A stretch of 54,024 nt of DNA from Patescibacteria group bacterium (GCA_049318005.1 JBMOHE010000005.1:1-54024); one strand, 5' to 3'; positions 1-9,027 are shown, counted from the stretch's first letter. Made by a program: numbers and translations. The notes: generated from the sequence alone by a model not told the origin.

Positions 1-55
1 CCTTATGAGGTATTCTATGAAATGACAGGTGTTGCACTTCTAACTTGAATGTACC
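1..55 (+). mobile_element. Right end of an IS30-family insertion sequence (transposase C-terminus PYEVFYEMTGVALLT* at 1-48, plus terminal inverted repeat ~30-55)
   Basis: Frame 1 reads PYEVF...GVALLT-stop, matching the IS30 transposase tail (TPxEVF...VAL). It runs into GTTGCACTTCTAACTTGAATGTACC, resembling IS30-family right ends. Truncated by the window edge. Confidence 0.7.
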
Positions 56-65
56 GACCAATTAA

Positions 66-94
66 TTGACATAATCAATATAATGTGATAATAT
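66..94 (+). promoter_or_regulatory. sigma70 promoter TTGACA-N17-TAATAT with extended TG
   Basis: ttgaca at 66-71, 17-nt spacer ending TGA, taatat at 89-94. Confidence 0.6.
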
Positions 95-249
95 TCAGAT
101 AGCATAGAAAGGAGCACCTTAACATTTGTGGCTTATCATCATAATTTAATCACCTATCAGCATCTCAAATTATGGGAATCTGACAAGTGATTAAATTATA
201 TTATAAACCAGCAGTTAAACTACAACTTACTGCACAATACATATAAATA

Positions 250-1677
250 ATGAAAAGTATACTCTATTTATTATTAATTATCCTATCCTCATCTTTAAAA
301 GCTCAATTACCAATAGAAGTCGATCATAGCCCCGAAATGCCATCTCCTCTTAACCAAGGTAACAGTGGTGCTTGTGTTGCATTCTCCGCTTGCTACTTGA
401 AAACATGGCAAGAGTCCAAGGAAATTGGTTGGAATGTTAAGGACTCGGCTCATATTTTTTCACCTGCATTTATATATAATCTTGCGCATACTCATGGGCA
501 AGCTCCGGGCCTAGGCGGCGGATATGCATTAAACGTAATAATCGAGAATGGAGGTGTGAGTTTAAGAGATTTTCCCTTTGACCCTAACAATGATAGCACT
601 CAGGCAAATGACGAACTAAGACATAAGGCTTTATATTATCGAGATCAAAGTTGGTATCTTATTAAAAGCGACAGTTTAAGATTGGCCAAAGAAACACTAG
701 TCAAAATGCCAATAATAACTGAAATTAGTTTTAATGGATACAGTCATTCTGTTTGTTTGGTGGGTTATAATGATACTATTCGTATCGGCGGATATTTAGG
801 TGCCTTCAAATATATTAATTCTTACGGGCCAGGCTGGAAAGGAAATAATATAAATCAATGGGGCTCCAATGGATACGGTTGGCTTCCGTATAATTATGCT
901 CATGATGATTTTTATGTTCTTGAAAATAGAATTAATAGCAATCCGGACGTAGTATTCAAATTTAAAAATAATTGTTCGGGCGTTAATGTTAATAACATGA
1001 ATGCCTCGACAAAGTTATATTTTTTGAAAGGCTCTGATACGATAAAAATATTAGAACGGAAGATATCACGTTCTTATAGCTATGATGCTGAAAAATATTT
1101 TCTTGTAACTCTTGATAATTTTAGAGACACGCTCGATAATTGCGACACTATTCTTTTAAAGTCATTTGTTAGCGATTGGGACAGGGGCGTCATCGAAGCA
1201 CCTCTCGCCATAAATAATTGCTATTATTATGATAAAAACAGTGAGGCTTTTATTAGTTTATCGTTTAAATCAGAAGTTTCTAATTTATCTTTGGAGATAG
1301 ATTCTGTCGAGGTTGGAGGAGCTATCCTGCCACAAAAACAATGGCAGTACTTAACTAGTCATTATTTAAGCGCGAAGATTGCTTCGCCGAAATTAGCTAA
1401 CGGTTTTAAAAAAATTACTAATCTTTATGAAATTAAATGCTCGCCTAACCCCTTTTCGGAAAATACTAATTTCGAAATTAAACTAGACAAAACGGCGATT
1501 GTTGATTTGAAAATATATGATGCATCCGGAAGATTAATAAATTCAGTCATTACCAAGGAGAAAATGATGACCGGAGAGCATAATATAAATTATTCAGGTA
1601 ATTTACCAAGCGGGCTCTATTTTGCTCAAGTAAAAATAAACAATTATATAAAAGTGATAAAAATATTAAGATTCTAA
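250..1677 (+). CDS. Secreted papain-like (C1A) cysteine peptidase with C-terminal T9SS/Por-type sorting domain
   Basis: Signal peptide; catalytic motifs NQGNSGACVAF (Gln/Cys), HSVCLVGY (His), INSYGPGW (Asn); tail SPNPFSENTNFEIKL...KIYDASGRLI...LPSGLYFAQV typical of T9SS type A CTD. Confidence 0.85.
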   Translation: MKSILYLLLIILSSSLKAQLPIEVDHSPEMPSPLNQGNSGACVAFSACYLKTWQESKEIGWNVKDSAHIFSPAFIYNLAHTHGQAPGLGGGYALNVIIENGGVSLRDFPFDPNNDSTQANDELRHKALYYRDQSWYLIKSDSLRLAKETLVKMPIITEISFNGYSHSVCLVGYNDTIRIGGYLGAFKYINSYGPGWKGNNINQWGSNGYGWLPYNYAHDDFYVLENRINSNPDVVFKFKNNCSGVNVNNMNASTKLYFLKGSDTIKILERKISRSYSYDAEKYFLVTLDNFRDTLDNCDTILLKSFVSDWDRGVIEAPLAINNCYYYDKNSEAFISLSFKSEVSNLSLEIDSVEVGGAILPQKQWQYLTSHYLSAKIASPKLANGFKKITNLYEIKCSPNPFSENTNFEIKLDKTAIVDLKIYDASGRLINSVITKEKMMTGEHNINYSGNLPSGLYFAQVKINNYIKVIKILRF

Positions 1678-1700
1678 AAAATAGCATCTTACGCACACTC

Positions 1701-1732
1701 AAAAGGCTGGACCTAAACGTTCAGCCTTTTTT
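1701..1732 (+). terminator. Intrinsic terminator
   Basis: AAAAGGCTG...CAGCCTTTTTT hairpin after the stop codon. Confidence 0.8.
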
Positions 1733-1744
1733 ATTGCATTGCTA

Positions 1745-1773
1745 TTGACAAATTAGCTATTTTAGTGTATAAT
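1745..1773 (+). promoter_or_regulatory. Consensus sigma70 promoter TTGACA-N17-TATAAT
   Basis: ttgaca 1745-1750, tataat 1768-1773. Confidence 0.8.
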
Positions 1774-1821
1774 TATCTTAGTTATTTACAATTAAATATA
1801 ATTTCACAAAATACCATATTA

Positions 1822-2319
1822 ATGAAAACAAACCTCTTGTTACTGCTAACTCTGTGCCTTTGTTCGATGTTCATTTCTTGCGACGATCAAATGCAAAGCG
1901 ATGCTGCTGATATTTACTACAAAATGCTGAAAGAAAAGATCAATTCTGAATACGATTCTCTGCCCGAATTAAAACCGATTAAAGACTGGAATGAAGTAGA
2001 AAGTTGTTCAAACTTCAAGATCAGAAACAATAAAATTTGGTACGACGGAGAAGCTATTCTTGATTCACGCGGCGTCAAACCCTTATACTGTCAGGGCGAT
2101 GTATTAGTACTTCTAGATGGTGAATTGCTTGTTGTTCTGTATAAAACAGAAATAACACCCGACCCAATGAAGTACAATTCCCCTACCATGATAGGCGGGA
2201 AAATAAAGGACAATGTAGCCTATGTGAAATTGCAAGACGCAAAAGATGGTCGGATAATACTAATAAAGTATGTATCCGAAGTTGGGAAAATGTCGAACGT
2301 CTACGTCTGCAACTATTAA
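1822..2319 (+). CDS. Hypothetical lipoprotein (start moved to ATG 1822)
   Basis: MKTNLLLLLTLCLCSMFIS-C signal with lipobox-like Cys; the upstream part of the ORF overlaps the promoter. Confidence 0.7.
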   Translation: MKTNLLLLLTLCLCSMFISCDDQMQSDAADIYYKMLKEKINSEYDSLPELKPIKDWNEVESCSNFKIRNNKIWYDGEAILDSRGVKPLYCQGDVLVLLDGELLVVLYKTEITPDPMKYNSPTMIGGKIKDNVAYVKLQDAKDGRIILIKYVSEVGKMSNVYVCNY

Positions 2320-2322
2320 ATT

Positions 2323-2362
2323 AAAGACCGGTTCTGCTCTAATGCAAATCCGGTCTTCTTTT
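2323..2362 (+). terminator. Intrinsic terminator
   Basis: AAGACCGG...CCGGTCTT followed by CTTTT. Confidence 0.6.
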
Positions 2363-2369
2363 ATATTAA

Positions 2370-2423
2370 TTGACATTTTCAGTTAAAAATGATAATGTCA
2401 GTGTACTAAGAAATATTTCTTAG
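2370..2423 (+). promoter_or_regulatory. Promoter (TTGACA-N17-TAATGT, extended TG) followed by a perfect 18-bp palindrome CTAAGAAATATTTCTTAG
   Basis: ttgaca 2370-2375; taatgt 2393-2398; palindrome 2406-2423. Confidence 0.6.
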
Positions 2424-2442
2424 CGTTCTTAAAAAATGTGTC

Positions 2443-2943
2443 ATGAAACAGAAAACTGTTTTAAGTGAACATCGCAAAGGTGAAATTGCCTTGGCGATGC
2501 TGATTGAAGATGTTAGAGGGAGACAAACAACTCTCAAAAGAACTGATATCTTAAAAAATATCGGGGTTGTTAGCAAAGACTTGGAACCTTTTGGAATAAC
2601 CAAGGATGAGGTTATTACTATGTACCGCGACATCATCGCAATCGTTCTCGGTGATATTTTTGGCCAACAAGTTTCTTGGTCAAGGCTTGAAGCCATGGTT
2701 CACCAAAAATCTTTGAGCCAAGCTAGAAGATGTGAAATCGCTCTCTGCTTTGGAAAGGCAGATATTAAAAACAAAACTCTTTCTCTGAACAAAAATGAGG
2801 TTATGCGAAAAATGGGCAATGTCGTTCAGGCATTAAAACCCTACGACATCCATGAGGAAGAAATTATGGCCTTATACCAAGAAGTCGTAACCGAAGCTCT
2901 GGAAAACATTTTTGAACAAAAAATTACTTGGGAAACTAAGTAA
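2443..2943 (+). CDS. Hypothetical protein with two tandem ~80-aa homologous domains
   Basis: QKTVLSEHRKGEIAL...IFGQQVSW aligns with QKSLSQARRCEIAL...IFEQKITW. Confidence 0.8.
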   Translation: MKQKTVLSEHRKGEIALAMLIEDVRGRQTTLKRTDILKNIGVVSKDLEPFGITKDEVITMYRDIIAIVLGDIFGQQVSWSRLEAMVHQKSLSQARRCEIALCFGKADIKNKTLSLNKNEVMRKMGNVVQALKPYDIHEEEIMALYQEVVTEALENIFEQKITWETK

Positions 2944-2951
2944 AATTTCAT

Positions 2952-3053
2952 GATCAACGACCAAGGTAGAACTCTAGTAGTTCTCTAAAAGGGTAATTGC
3001 TACTCCCGGCTAACGGCTTGTAGCAGGATAAGAACCTCTCCTTGTTGGGGATC
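2952..3053 (+). ncRNA. Candidate structured 3'-UTR RNA of unknown class
   Basis: Nested complementary segments: gatc/gatc, caagg/ccttg, agaact/agttct, tgctac/gtagca with inner ccg-GCTAA-cgg. Confidence 0.3.
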
Positions 3054-3083
3054 AAAAGGGGCCTTCATTGAAGACCCCTTTTT
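3054..3083. terminator. Bidirectional terminator between the 166-aa gene and trpS
   Basis: AAAAGGGG...CCCCTTTTT. Confidence 0.8.
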
Positions 3084-3101
3084 AAATATCTAAAATTTAT
3101 T

Positions 3102-4106
3102 TTATCTTACCCCAATCGCACGTCTAACTACTTCCATTTTCTCCTCAGCAATTTTATTTAATTTTTCTTTTCCAATTTCTAAAATCATTAGGACGTCATC
3201 ATCACTAATACTATTATATTTTTTCTGAAAGTTATCTAAGAATTTAACAACCACATCGGCTAGATCTTTTTTGAAATCTCCATAGCCTTTTCCTGTATAG
3301 TCCTTAACTAATCTTTTAATTTCTCGAGTTCCAAGCATCGCATAAATTGTCAAAAGATTAGATAAAGCTGGTTTTTCTTCGAGATTATACTCAATATCAG
3401 TTCCTGAATCAGTAACGGCACGCATAATTTTTTTGCTTGCCGAATCGATATCTTCTAATAATTGAATGCAATTATTTTGGTTCTCATCACTCTTACTCAT
3501 CTTCTTTAAAGGATTTTGAAGGGACATAATTCTGGCTCCTTCTTTTTTAATAACTGCCTGAGGAATTTTGAACGTATCTCCAAATTCAGTATTAAATCGT
3601 TTAGCAATATCACGAGCAAGTTCAACGTGCTGTTTTTGATCGTCCCCAACCGGGACAGCTTCGGTATCATATAATAAGATATCAGCTGCCATTAAAACCG
3701 GGTAATCATATAGCCCAACGCTAACTGATTCCTGATTTTTTCCCGCCTTATCTTTAAACTGAGTCATCTTATTTAAATCAGCAATATGAGCTCCGTAACA
3801 ATTTAAAATCCAAGCTAGTTCGGTATGGGCGGGTATGGCCGACTGCTGAAATATAATTGATTTTTCAGGGTCAATGCCGGCTGCTAAATATATTTTAGTT
3901 ACCTCAATAATACGACGGCGTAAATCTTCGGGATTTTGTTTAACGGTAATCGCGTGATAATCGACAATAGAAAAAATACAATTATATTTATCCTGCATCT
4001 CTACCCATTGAGAAATCGCTCCAATATAATTTCCAATATTTAGATTTCCACTTGGCTGTATACCAGAAAAGATACTTAATTTTTTTCCTCTTTGTTCTTT
4101 GACCAT
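3102..4106 (-). CDS. trpS: Tryptophanyl-tRNA synthetase
   Basis: SGIQPSG.LNIGNYIG, YPVLMAADILLY, VPVGDDQKQH, KMSKS motifs. Confidence 0.98.
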   Translation of the reverse strand: MVKEQRGKKLSIFSGIQPSGNLNIGNYIGAISQWVEMQDKYNCIFSIVDYHAITVKQNPEDLRRRIIEVTKIYLAAGIDPEKSIIFQQSAIPAHTELAWILNCYGAHIADLNKMTQFKDKAGKNQESVSVGLYDYPVLMAADILLYDTEAVPVGDDQKQHVELARDIAKRFNTEFGDTFKIPQAVIKKEGARIMSLQNPLKKMSKSDENQNNCIQLLEDIDSASKKIMRAVTDSGTDIEYNLEEKPALSNLLTIYAMLGTREIKRLVKDYTGKGYGDFKKDLADVVVKFLDNFQKKYNSISDDDVLMILEIGKEKLNKIAEEKMEVVRRAIGVR

Positions 4107-4206
4107 ATTTTTGAAATTATTTATACTAATATCTTACTCAAAATACTAATTAAAAGCAATTTGCTTGAATAAATAGAAACTTGTGTTAAGATGTCTATAC
4201 AATTAG

Positions 4207-4282
4207 GGGCTTGTAGCTCATCTGGTAGAGCGCTGCATTCGCATTGCAGAGGTAAGGGGTTCGAGTCCCCTCAAGTCCACCA
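4207..4282 (+). tRNA. tRNA-Ala(CGC), CCA encoded
   Basis: Acceptor GGGCTTG/CAAGTCC with G3:U70; anticodon arm CTGCA-TTCGCAT-TGCAG; TTCGAGT loop. Confidence 0.95.
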
Positions 4283-4302
4283 GTAAAAATATTTTTAGTC
4301 AA

Positions 4303-4336
4303 TAAAAAACCCTTTAAAATTAAAGGTTTTTTTATT
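4303..4336 (+). terminator. Terminator after tRNA-Ala
   Basis: AAAAACCCTTTA...TAAAGGTTTTTTT. Confidence 0.7.
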
Positions 4337-4346
4337 TCTGGCCACT

Positions 4347-4375
4347 TTGACAAAAGACCCTTTGGCGACTATAAT
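4347..4375 (+). promoter_or_regulatory. Consensus promoter TTGACA-N17-TATAAT for the LCP-der-pth operon
   Basis: ttgaca 4347-4352; tataat 4370-4375. Confidence 0.8.
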
Positions 4376-4434
4376 TGAACTTAGAAATATACAAAAACAA
4401 CAATTCTTCAGTTTGAGAGAATTTTTTATTTTTT

Positions 4435-5883
4435 ATGATAGATTTTAATAAAAAAATGCAAGAAGCCGACAGACTTGAAAGAAAGAGTCAAGGAGGCATA
4501 TTAAATAGTGATTTGCCCATTAATAAACAAAAAAGAAAAAAAATAACGATCTATGCCGTAACTATTTTAGTGGTTGCGCTAGTTTTTTCCGGTAAAATAA
4601 TTATGTCCAGCCAAAACGCAACTAGTTGGATTCCGGGAATAAGTTTTTTTTCTAAAATAAGAAAATTAGTTCCAATTGCTAATAAACTTTTAATTGGAGA
4701 AGAAAATGACCGAATAAATATTTTACTTCTTGGCATGGGCGGAGAGAATCATGATGGCGGCTATCTAACCGACACCATAATGTTAACTAGTTTAAAGCCT
4801 AGCACAAAACAAGTTGCCCTAGTTTCTGTTCCGCGCGACTTAACCGCGCCCGTAAGTGGGTGGAGAAAAATTAACAGCGTTAATGCCTACGCCGAACAAG
4901 AACTGCCTGGATCTGGAAGCTCGGCGACTACTAAAGCAATTGATGAACTATTTCAAACCCCTATCACATATTATGTTAGAGTAGATTTCAGTGGTTTTGA
5001 AAGAATAATCGACGAAATAGGTGGAGTAGAAGTAAATGTTGAGAATTCTTTTGATGACTATACTTACCCCGTTAAAGGAAGAGAAGATAATCCTGATTAT
5101 TATTCCCGTTTTGAACATCTTCATTTTGATGCCGGTCTTCAAAAAATGGACGGATCTTTAGCGCTTAAATATGCTCGCAGTCGTCACGCTTTTGGACCAG
5201 AGGGATCTGACTTTGCTCGCGCTAGACGCCAACAACTATTACTAGAGGCTGTTAAAGATAAATTATTATCAAGACAAACTCTTTTGAACCCCGTTGTTTT
5301 GGCTAAATTATTAACAGAATTAAATAAAGATATTTCAACCAATCTAAATACCTGGGAAATGATTCGTCTTTGGGATCTATTTAAAGATGTAAAGAGAGAA
5401 CAAATAATTAATAAAGTTTTAAGCGACGCTCCAGATGGGCTTCTTGTTTCTGGAAAAGGACAAGATGGGGCCTATATTTTAACCCCAAGAACAGGAAATT
5501 TTTCTGAAATCAAAAACATGGTTCAAACAATTTTTGATTCAAACCCTGTTACTGAAAAAAGTGTGATTGAACCGATCAGCGAAGAAGCAAAAGTTTTTAT
5601 TGCCAATGGAACTTGGATCTCTGGCCTAGCCGGAAAGACCTCAAGTACTTTAGAGCAATATAATTTTAAAACCGTGGGAACAGGAAACGCTATAGAAAGG
5701 AACTACCAACAAACAGTTGTTTACGATTTAAGTAGCGGAGCTAAAAACGAATCTCTAATTGCTTTAAAAAAATTAACTGGAGCAACTCAAGCTTTTAATT
5801 CTCCTGAATGGCTAAATGAATACAAAACAGGAAATAATGAATCTGACTTTTTACTTATTTTAGGAACTGATGCTAATAAATAA
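4435..5883 (+). CDS. LCP (LytR-CpsA-Psr) family glycopolymer transferase with C-terminal LytR_C domain
   Basis: N-terminal TM; INILLLG, TDTIM, SVPRDL, KINS, ALKYARSRH, SDFARARRQQ; C-terminal V.IANGT..SGLA. Confidence 0.92.
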   Translation: MIDFNKKMQEADRLERKSQGGILNSDLPINKQKRKKITIYAVTILVVALVFSGKIIMSSQNATSWIPGISFFSKIRKLVPIANKLLIGEENDRINILLLGMGGENHDGGYLTDTIMLTSLKPSTKQVALVSVPRDLTAPVSGWRKINSVNAYAEQELPGSGSSATTKAIDELFQTPITYYVRVDFSGFERIIDEIGGVEVNVENSFDDYTYPVKGREDNPDYYSRFEHLHFDAGLQKMDGSLALKYARSRHAFGPEGSDFARARRQQLLLEAVKDKLLSRQTLLNPVVLAKLLTELNKDISTNLNTWEMIRLWDLFKDVKREQIINKVLSDAPDGLLVSGKGQDGAYILTPRTGNFSEIKNMVQTIFDSNPVTEKSVIEPISEEAKVFIANGTWISGLAGKTSSTLEQYNFKTVGTGNAIERNYQQTVVYDLSSGAKNESLIALKKLTGATQAFNSPEWLNEYKTGNNESDFLLILGTDANK

Positions 5884-5887
5884 ATAT

Positions 5888-7288
5888 ATGGAAAGCAATA
5901 AAAAAAACAAACTGCCACTAGTAGTTATGTGCGGGCGAACCAATGTTGGTAAGTCAACGCTTTTTAATTGCTTAATTGAAAAAAAACAAGCCCTTGTCTC
6001 TGATGTTGCTGGGACTACTCGCGATAGTAACCTAGGAATTGTTGAATGGGATAATAGTGCTTTTGAGTTAGTGGACACTGCCGGTATTCTTGATTGGCGA
6101 TATTTACTAACAAAAAAAATGGCTGATAATGATATTGATACTCAGACCCAAAGACAGGCTAGGGCGTATTTAGACAGAGCTGATTTAATTTTGTTTATAG
6201 TTGATAATAAAGTTGGGCTACTACCAGAAGATAAGGAGTTGGCCGCGGCTTTAAAAAAGAGCGCAACTTATAGAAAAAAAGTGATGTTAATCGCTAACAA
6301 AGTTGATAATTTTCGAACCGCTTCTGAAGCAGCGCAATTTAATAAATTAGGCTTAGGTGAGCCGATCACTATCTCGGCTGCCAGCAGCATGGGAACTGGT
6401 GATTTATTAGATATCATTATTAACAAGATTGATAAACCTAAAAAAAATAAAAAGGCGATAATTGATGAAAACGATAAACCGATAAATGTTTGTATAATTG
6501 GGAAACCAAACGTTGGAAAATCATCTTTATTAAATTCTATTTTAGGATACGAAAGAGTTATTGTTAGTCCAATCGCCCATACGACTCGCGAACCTCAAAA
6601 TACTGACCTTATCTATAAAGATAAAAAAATTACCTTAGTCGATACGGCCGGAATTTCTAAACAAGGAACAAAAGGAAAAGGTTTAGAAAAACCAGGTATT
6701 TTAAAATCATTAAAATCTCTTGATAAGGCTGATATCGCTCTTTTAGTAATGGACATGAGCGAGCCAATTACTCATCAAGATGCAAAAATTATTCAAGAAA
6801 TTGTTGACAGACAAAAAAGTTTAATTTTCATCGCCAATAAATGGGATTTAGTTGAAGAAAGAAATACAAAAAAATGGACTGAAAAAATTTATGACAAACT
6901 TCCATTTGCAACCTGGGCTCCGCTTCAGTTTATCTCCGCTAAAACCGGCGAGAAAGTTAATAAAATCTTAGATTTAGTTTTAACAATTGCAACTGAACGT
7001 GAACTTGTTCTAAGTGACTCGCAATGTAATAAGTTCTTAAGTCACGTTGTGAAGCTTCATAGACCAGCCAAAGGAAAGGGGACGAAGGCTCCACGTATTT
7101 ATGAATTTACCCAAACAAAGAGCAACCCCCCGGTTTTTGTGGTTCGTATTGGCCCGAATGACGATCTTCATTTTTCTTATGTAAGATTTATGGAAAATCG
7201 TTTAAGAGAAAAATACGGCTTTACTGGAACTCCAATCCATACATCGGTCACAAAAGAAAAAAGATCCCATACTACTTATAATGAGTAA
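5888..7288 (+). CDS. der: Ribosome biogenesis GTPase Der (EngA)
   Basis: Two G domains (GRTNVGKS, GKPNVGKS, DTAG, NKVD/NKWD) plus KH-like C-terminus; start moved to ATG 5888. Confidence 0.97.
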   Translation: MESNKKNKLPLVVMCGRTNVGKSTLFNCLIEKKQALVSDVAGTTRDSNLGIVEWDNSAFELVDTAGILDWRYLLTKKMADNDIDTQTQRQARAYLDRADLILFIVDNKVGLLPEDKELAAALKKSATYRKKVMLIANKVDNFRTASEAAQFNKLGLGEPITISAASSMGTGDLLDIIINKIDKPKKNKKAIIDENDKPINVCIIGKPNVGKSSLLNSILGYERVIVSPIAHTTREPQNTDLIYKDKKITLVDTAGISKQGTKGKGLEKPGILKSLKSLDKADIALLVMDMSEPITHQDAKIIQEIVDRQKSLIFIANKWDLVEERNTKKWTEKIYDKLPFATWAPLQFISAKTGEKVNKILDLVLTIATERELVLSDSQCNKFLSHVVKLHRPAKGKGTKAPRIYEFTQTKSNPPVFVVRIGPNDDLHFSYVRFMENRLREKYGFTGTPIHTSVTKEKRSHTTYNE

Positions 7289-7291
7289 TAT

Positions 7292-7840
7292 ATGAAAATC
7301 ATTGTCGGCCTAGGAAATCCAGGCGAACAATATAAAAATACTCGCCATAATATTGGATGGTTATTTATTGATAATTTACTCGGCGATGTTAAATGGACTG
7401 AAAATAAAAAGTTCAAGGCTTTTGTTTATGAAAATGGCGATTGTCTATACGTTAAACCGCAAACATTCATGAATGAATCGGGCCAGGCCGTTCAAAAAAC
7501 TCTAAACTATTATGGTCTAATACCAAAAAAATTTGGAGTTTTAAATAAGAAGGATTCAGACTTAAATGATTCTTTAATTGTTATCCAAGATGATCTTGAT
7601 TTAGACTTTGGAAATTTTAAAATCGCAACTGATTCAAGTAGCGCTGGCCATCGAGGCGTTCAATCAATAATTAACTATTTAAAAACTAAAAAATTTACCA
7701 GAATACGACTAGGAATAAAGAATGAATTATTACGGGTTCACATCCCGACGGAAAAATTTGTTCTTCAGCCATTCAATCATGACGAAAAAGAGCGGCTAAA
7801 AGAAATATTTTCCAAAATAAATATCAATAACTTAAAATAA
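7292..7840 (+). CDS. pth: Peptidyl-tRNA hydrolase
   Basis: IVGLGNPG..Y..TRHNIG, KPQTFMNESG, DDLDL, GHRGV. Confidence 0.97.
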   Translation: MKIIVGLGNPGEQYKNTRHNIGWLFIDNLLGDVKWTENKKFKAFVYENGDCLYVKPQTFMNESGQAVQKTLNYYGLIPKKFGVLNKKDSDLNDSLIVIQDDLDLDFGNFKIATDSSSAGHRGVQSIINYLKTKKFTRIRLGIKNELLRVHIPTEKFVLQPFNHDEKERLKEIFSKININNLK

Positions 7841-7844
7841 ACAT

Positions 7845-7880
7845 AAAATCCTCCTAAAAAATTTAGGGGGATTTTATTTT
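7845..7880 (+). terminator. Terminator between pth and dprA
   Basis: AAAATCCTCCTAAA...TTTAGGGGGATTTT. Confidence 0.65.
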
Positions 7881-7885
7881 AATCT

Positions 7886-9016
7886 ATGAAAGAAATTAAT
7901 AATGAATTAGCCTTGCTTGGATTTAGCTATTTTCAAAAAATCGGACCCGTAAAACTTGGTCTGCTAAATAAATATTTTCCAAATTTTGTCGAAGCTTTTT
8001 TGGCTAGCTCTTTTGATTTAGAAAAAGCTGGTTTAGGACAAAAACTAGTAAGCGAGTTTATTGTTTGGAGACAAAAATTCAACTTTGACAAAGCTCTCCA
8101 GGATTTACGAAATGAAAATATTAATTTCATAACTCATAGTGAAAATAATTACCCCAGTTTATTAAAGGAGCTCCCCTCGCCGCCATATCTTCTTTATTAT
8201 CAGGGCGACATTAATAATCTTAATGATGGGAATAAGTATAGACTTGCAATCGTTGGCTCAAGAAAACACAGTGCTTATTCTGAAAAAATAATTAATGAGT
8301 TTGTTCCTGATTTAATAAGCAACAATTTAGAAATTATTAGTGGTCTTGCTCTAGGCGTTGATACGCTGGCTCATCAAAAAACACTAGATAATCATGGGAT
8401 CACAATCGCTGTTTTAGGGACTGGCTTAGATAGCAATAGTTTATATCCTTATGTAAACCGAGAATTGGCCAAAAGGATTATCAATAATAACGGTTTAATT
8501 GTTTCTGAATTCCCACCTGGCACACAACCCTTAAAACAAAACTTCCCTCAGCGCAATCGTATTATCGCCGGATTATGCCAGGCGACCTTAGTAATTGAAG
8601 CTCAAATAAAATCCGGCTCATTAATTACGGCTAATTATGCGCTTGATCAAAATCGTGAAGTTTTAGCCGTTCCAGGGAATATATACTCCGAATTTTCAGA
8701 GGGAACTAATAATTTAATTAGATCTGGAGCCAAAACCATTCTTAAAGCTGAAGATATTTTAGAAGTTTTTAAAATTGAATCTATACAGAAACAAAAAAAC
8801 AAGAAGCAAATTAATAAAGAAGCTATATTTGAAAATGAAATTGAAAAAAAAATTTATAAAATTATTCAAGAGGCTGGAGCGAAAGGCGAAGTATTAACTA
8901 GCGATGAAATTGTTAAAATAAGTAAACTTGACACCGCACTCATAAATAGTAAACTAAGTATATTGGAGCTCCGTGGAATTGCTAAAAGCAACGAAATCGG
9001 TTATTATATCAATTAA
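7886..9016 (+). CDS. dprA: DNA-processing protein DprA
   Basis: AIVGSRK.S.Y, ISGLALGVD, SEFPPG, FPQRNRIIAG, SGSLITA, GTNNLI. Confidence 0.96.
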   Translation: MKEINNELALLGFSYFQKIGPVKLGLLNKYFPNFVEAFLASSFDLEKAGLGQKLVSEFIVWRQKFNFDKALQDLRNENINFITHSENNYPSLLKELPSPPYLLYYQGDINNLNDGNKYRLAIVGSRKHSAYSEKIINEFVPDLISNNLEIISGLALGVDTLAHQKTLDNHGITIAVLGTGLDSNSLYPYVNRELAKRIINNNGLIVSEFPPGTQPLKQNFPQRNRIIAGLCQATLVIEAQIKSGSLITANYALDQNREVLAVPGNIYSEFSEGTNNLIRSGAKTILKAEDILEVFKIESIQKQKNKKQINKEAIFENEIEKKIYKIIQEAGAKGEVLTSDEIVKISKLDTALINSKLSILELRGIAKSNEIGYYIN

Positions 9017-9027
9017 ATTATTTAGAT

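Noticed and set aside
3020-3042. AGAGGTTCT on the minus strand resembling the start of a preQ1-I aptamer
   Set aside because: The complementary CCTCT and A-rich tail are missing, and it lies downstream of trpS rather than in a leader.
4040-4060. TrpRS HIGH motif reading NIGN
   Set aside because: TrpRS HIGH motifs are known to vary (e.g. TIGN); all other motifs are intact.
4107-4206. T-box leader for trpS (also checked upstream of valS and pheS)
   Set aside because: The intergenic regions are short and AT-rich with no T-box consensus or antiterminator.
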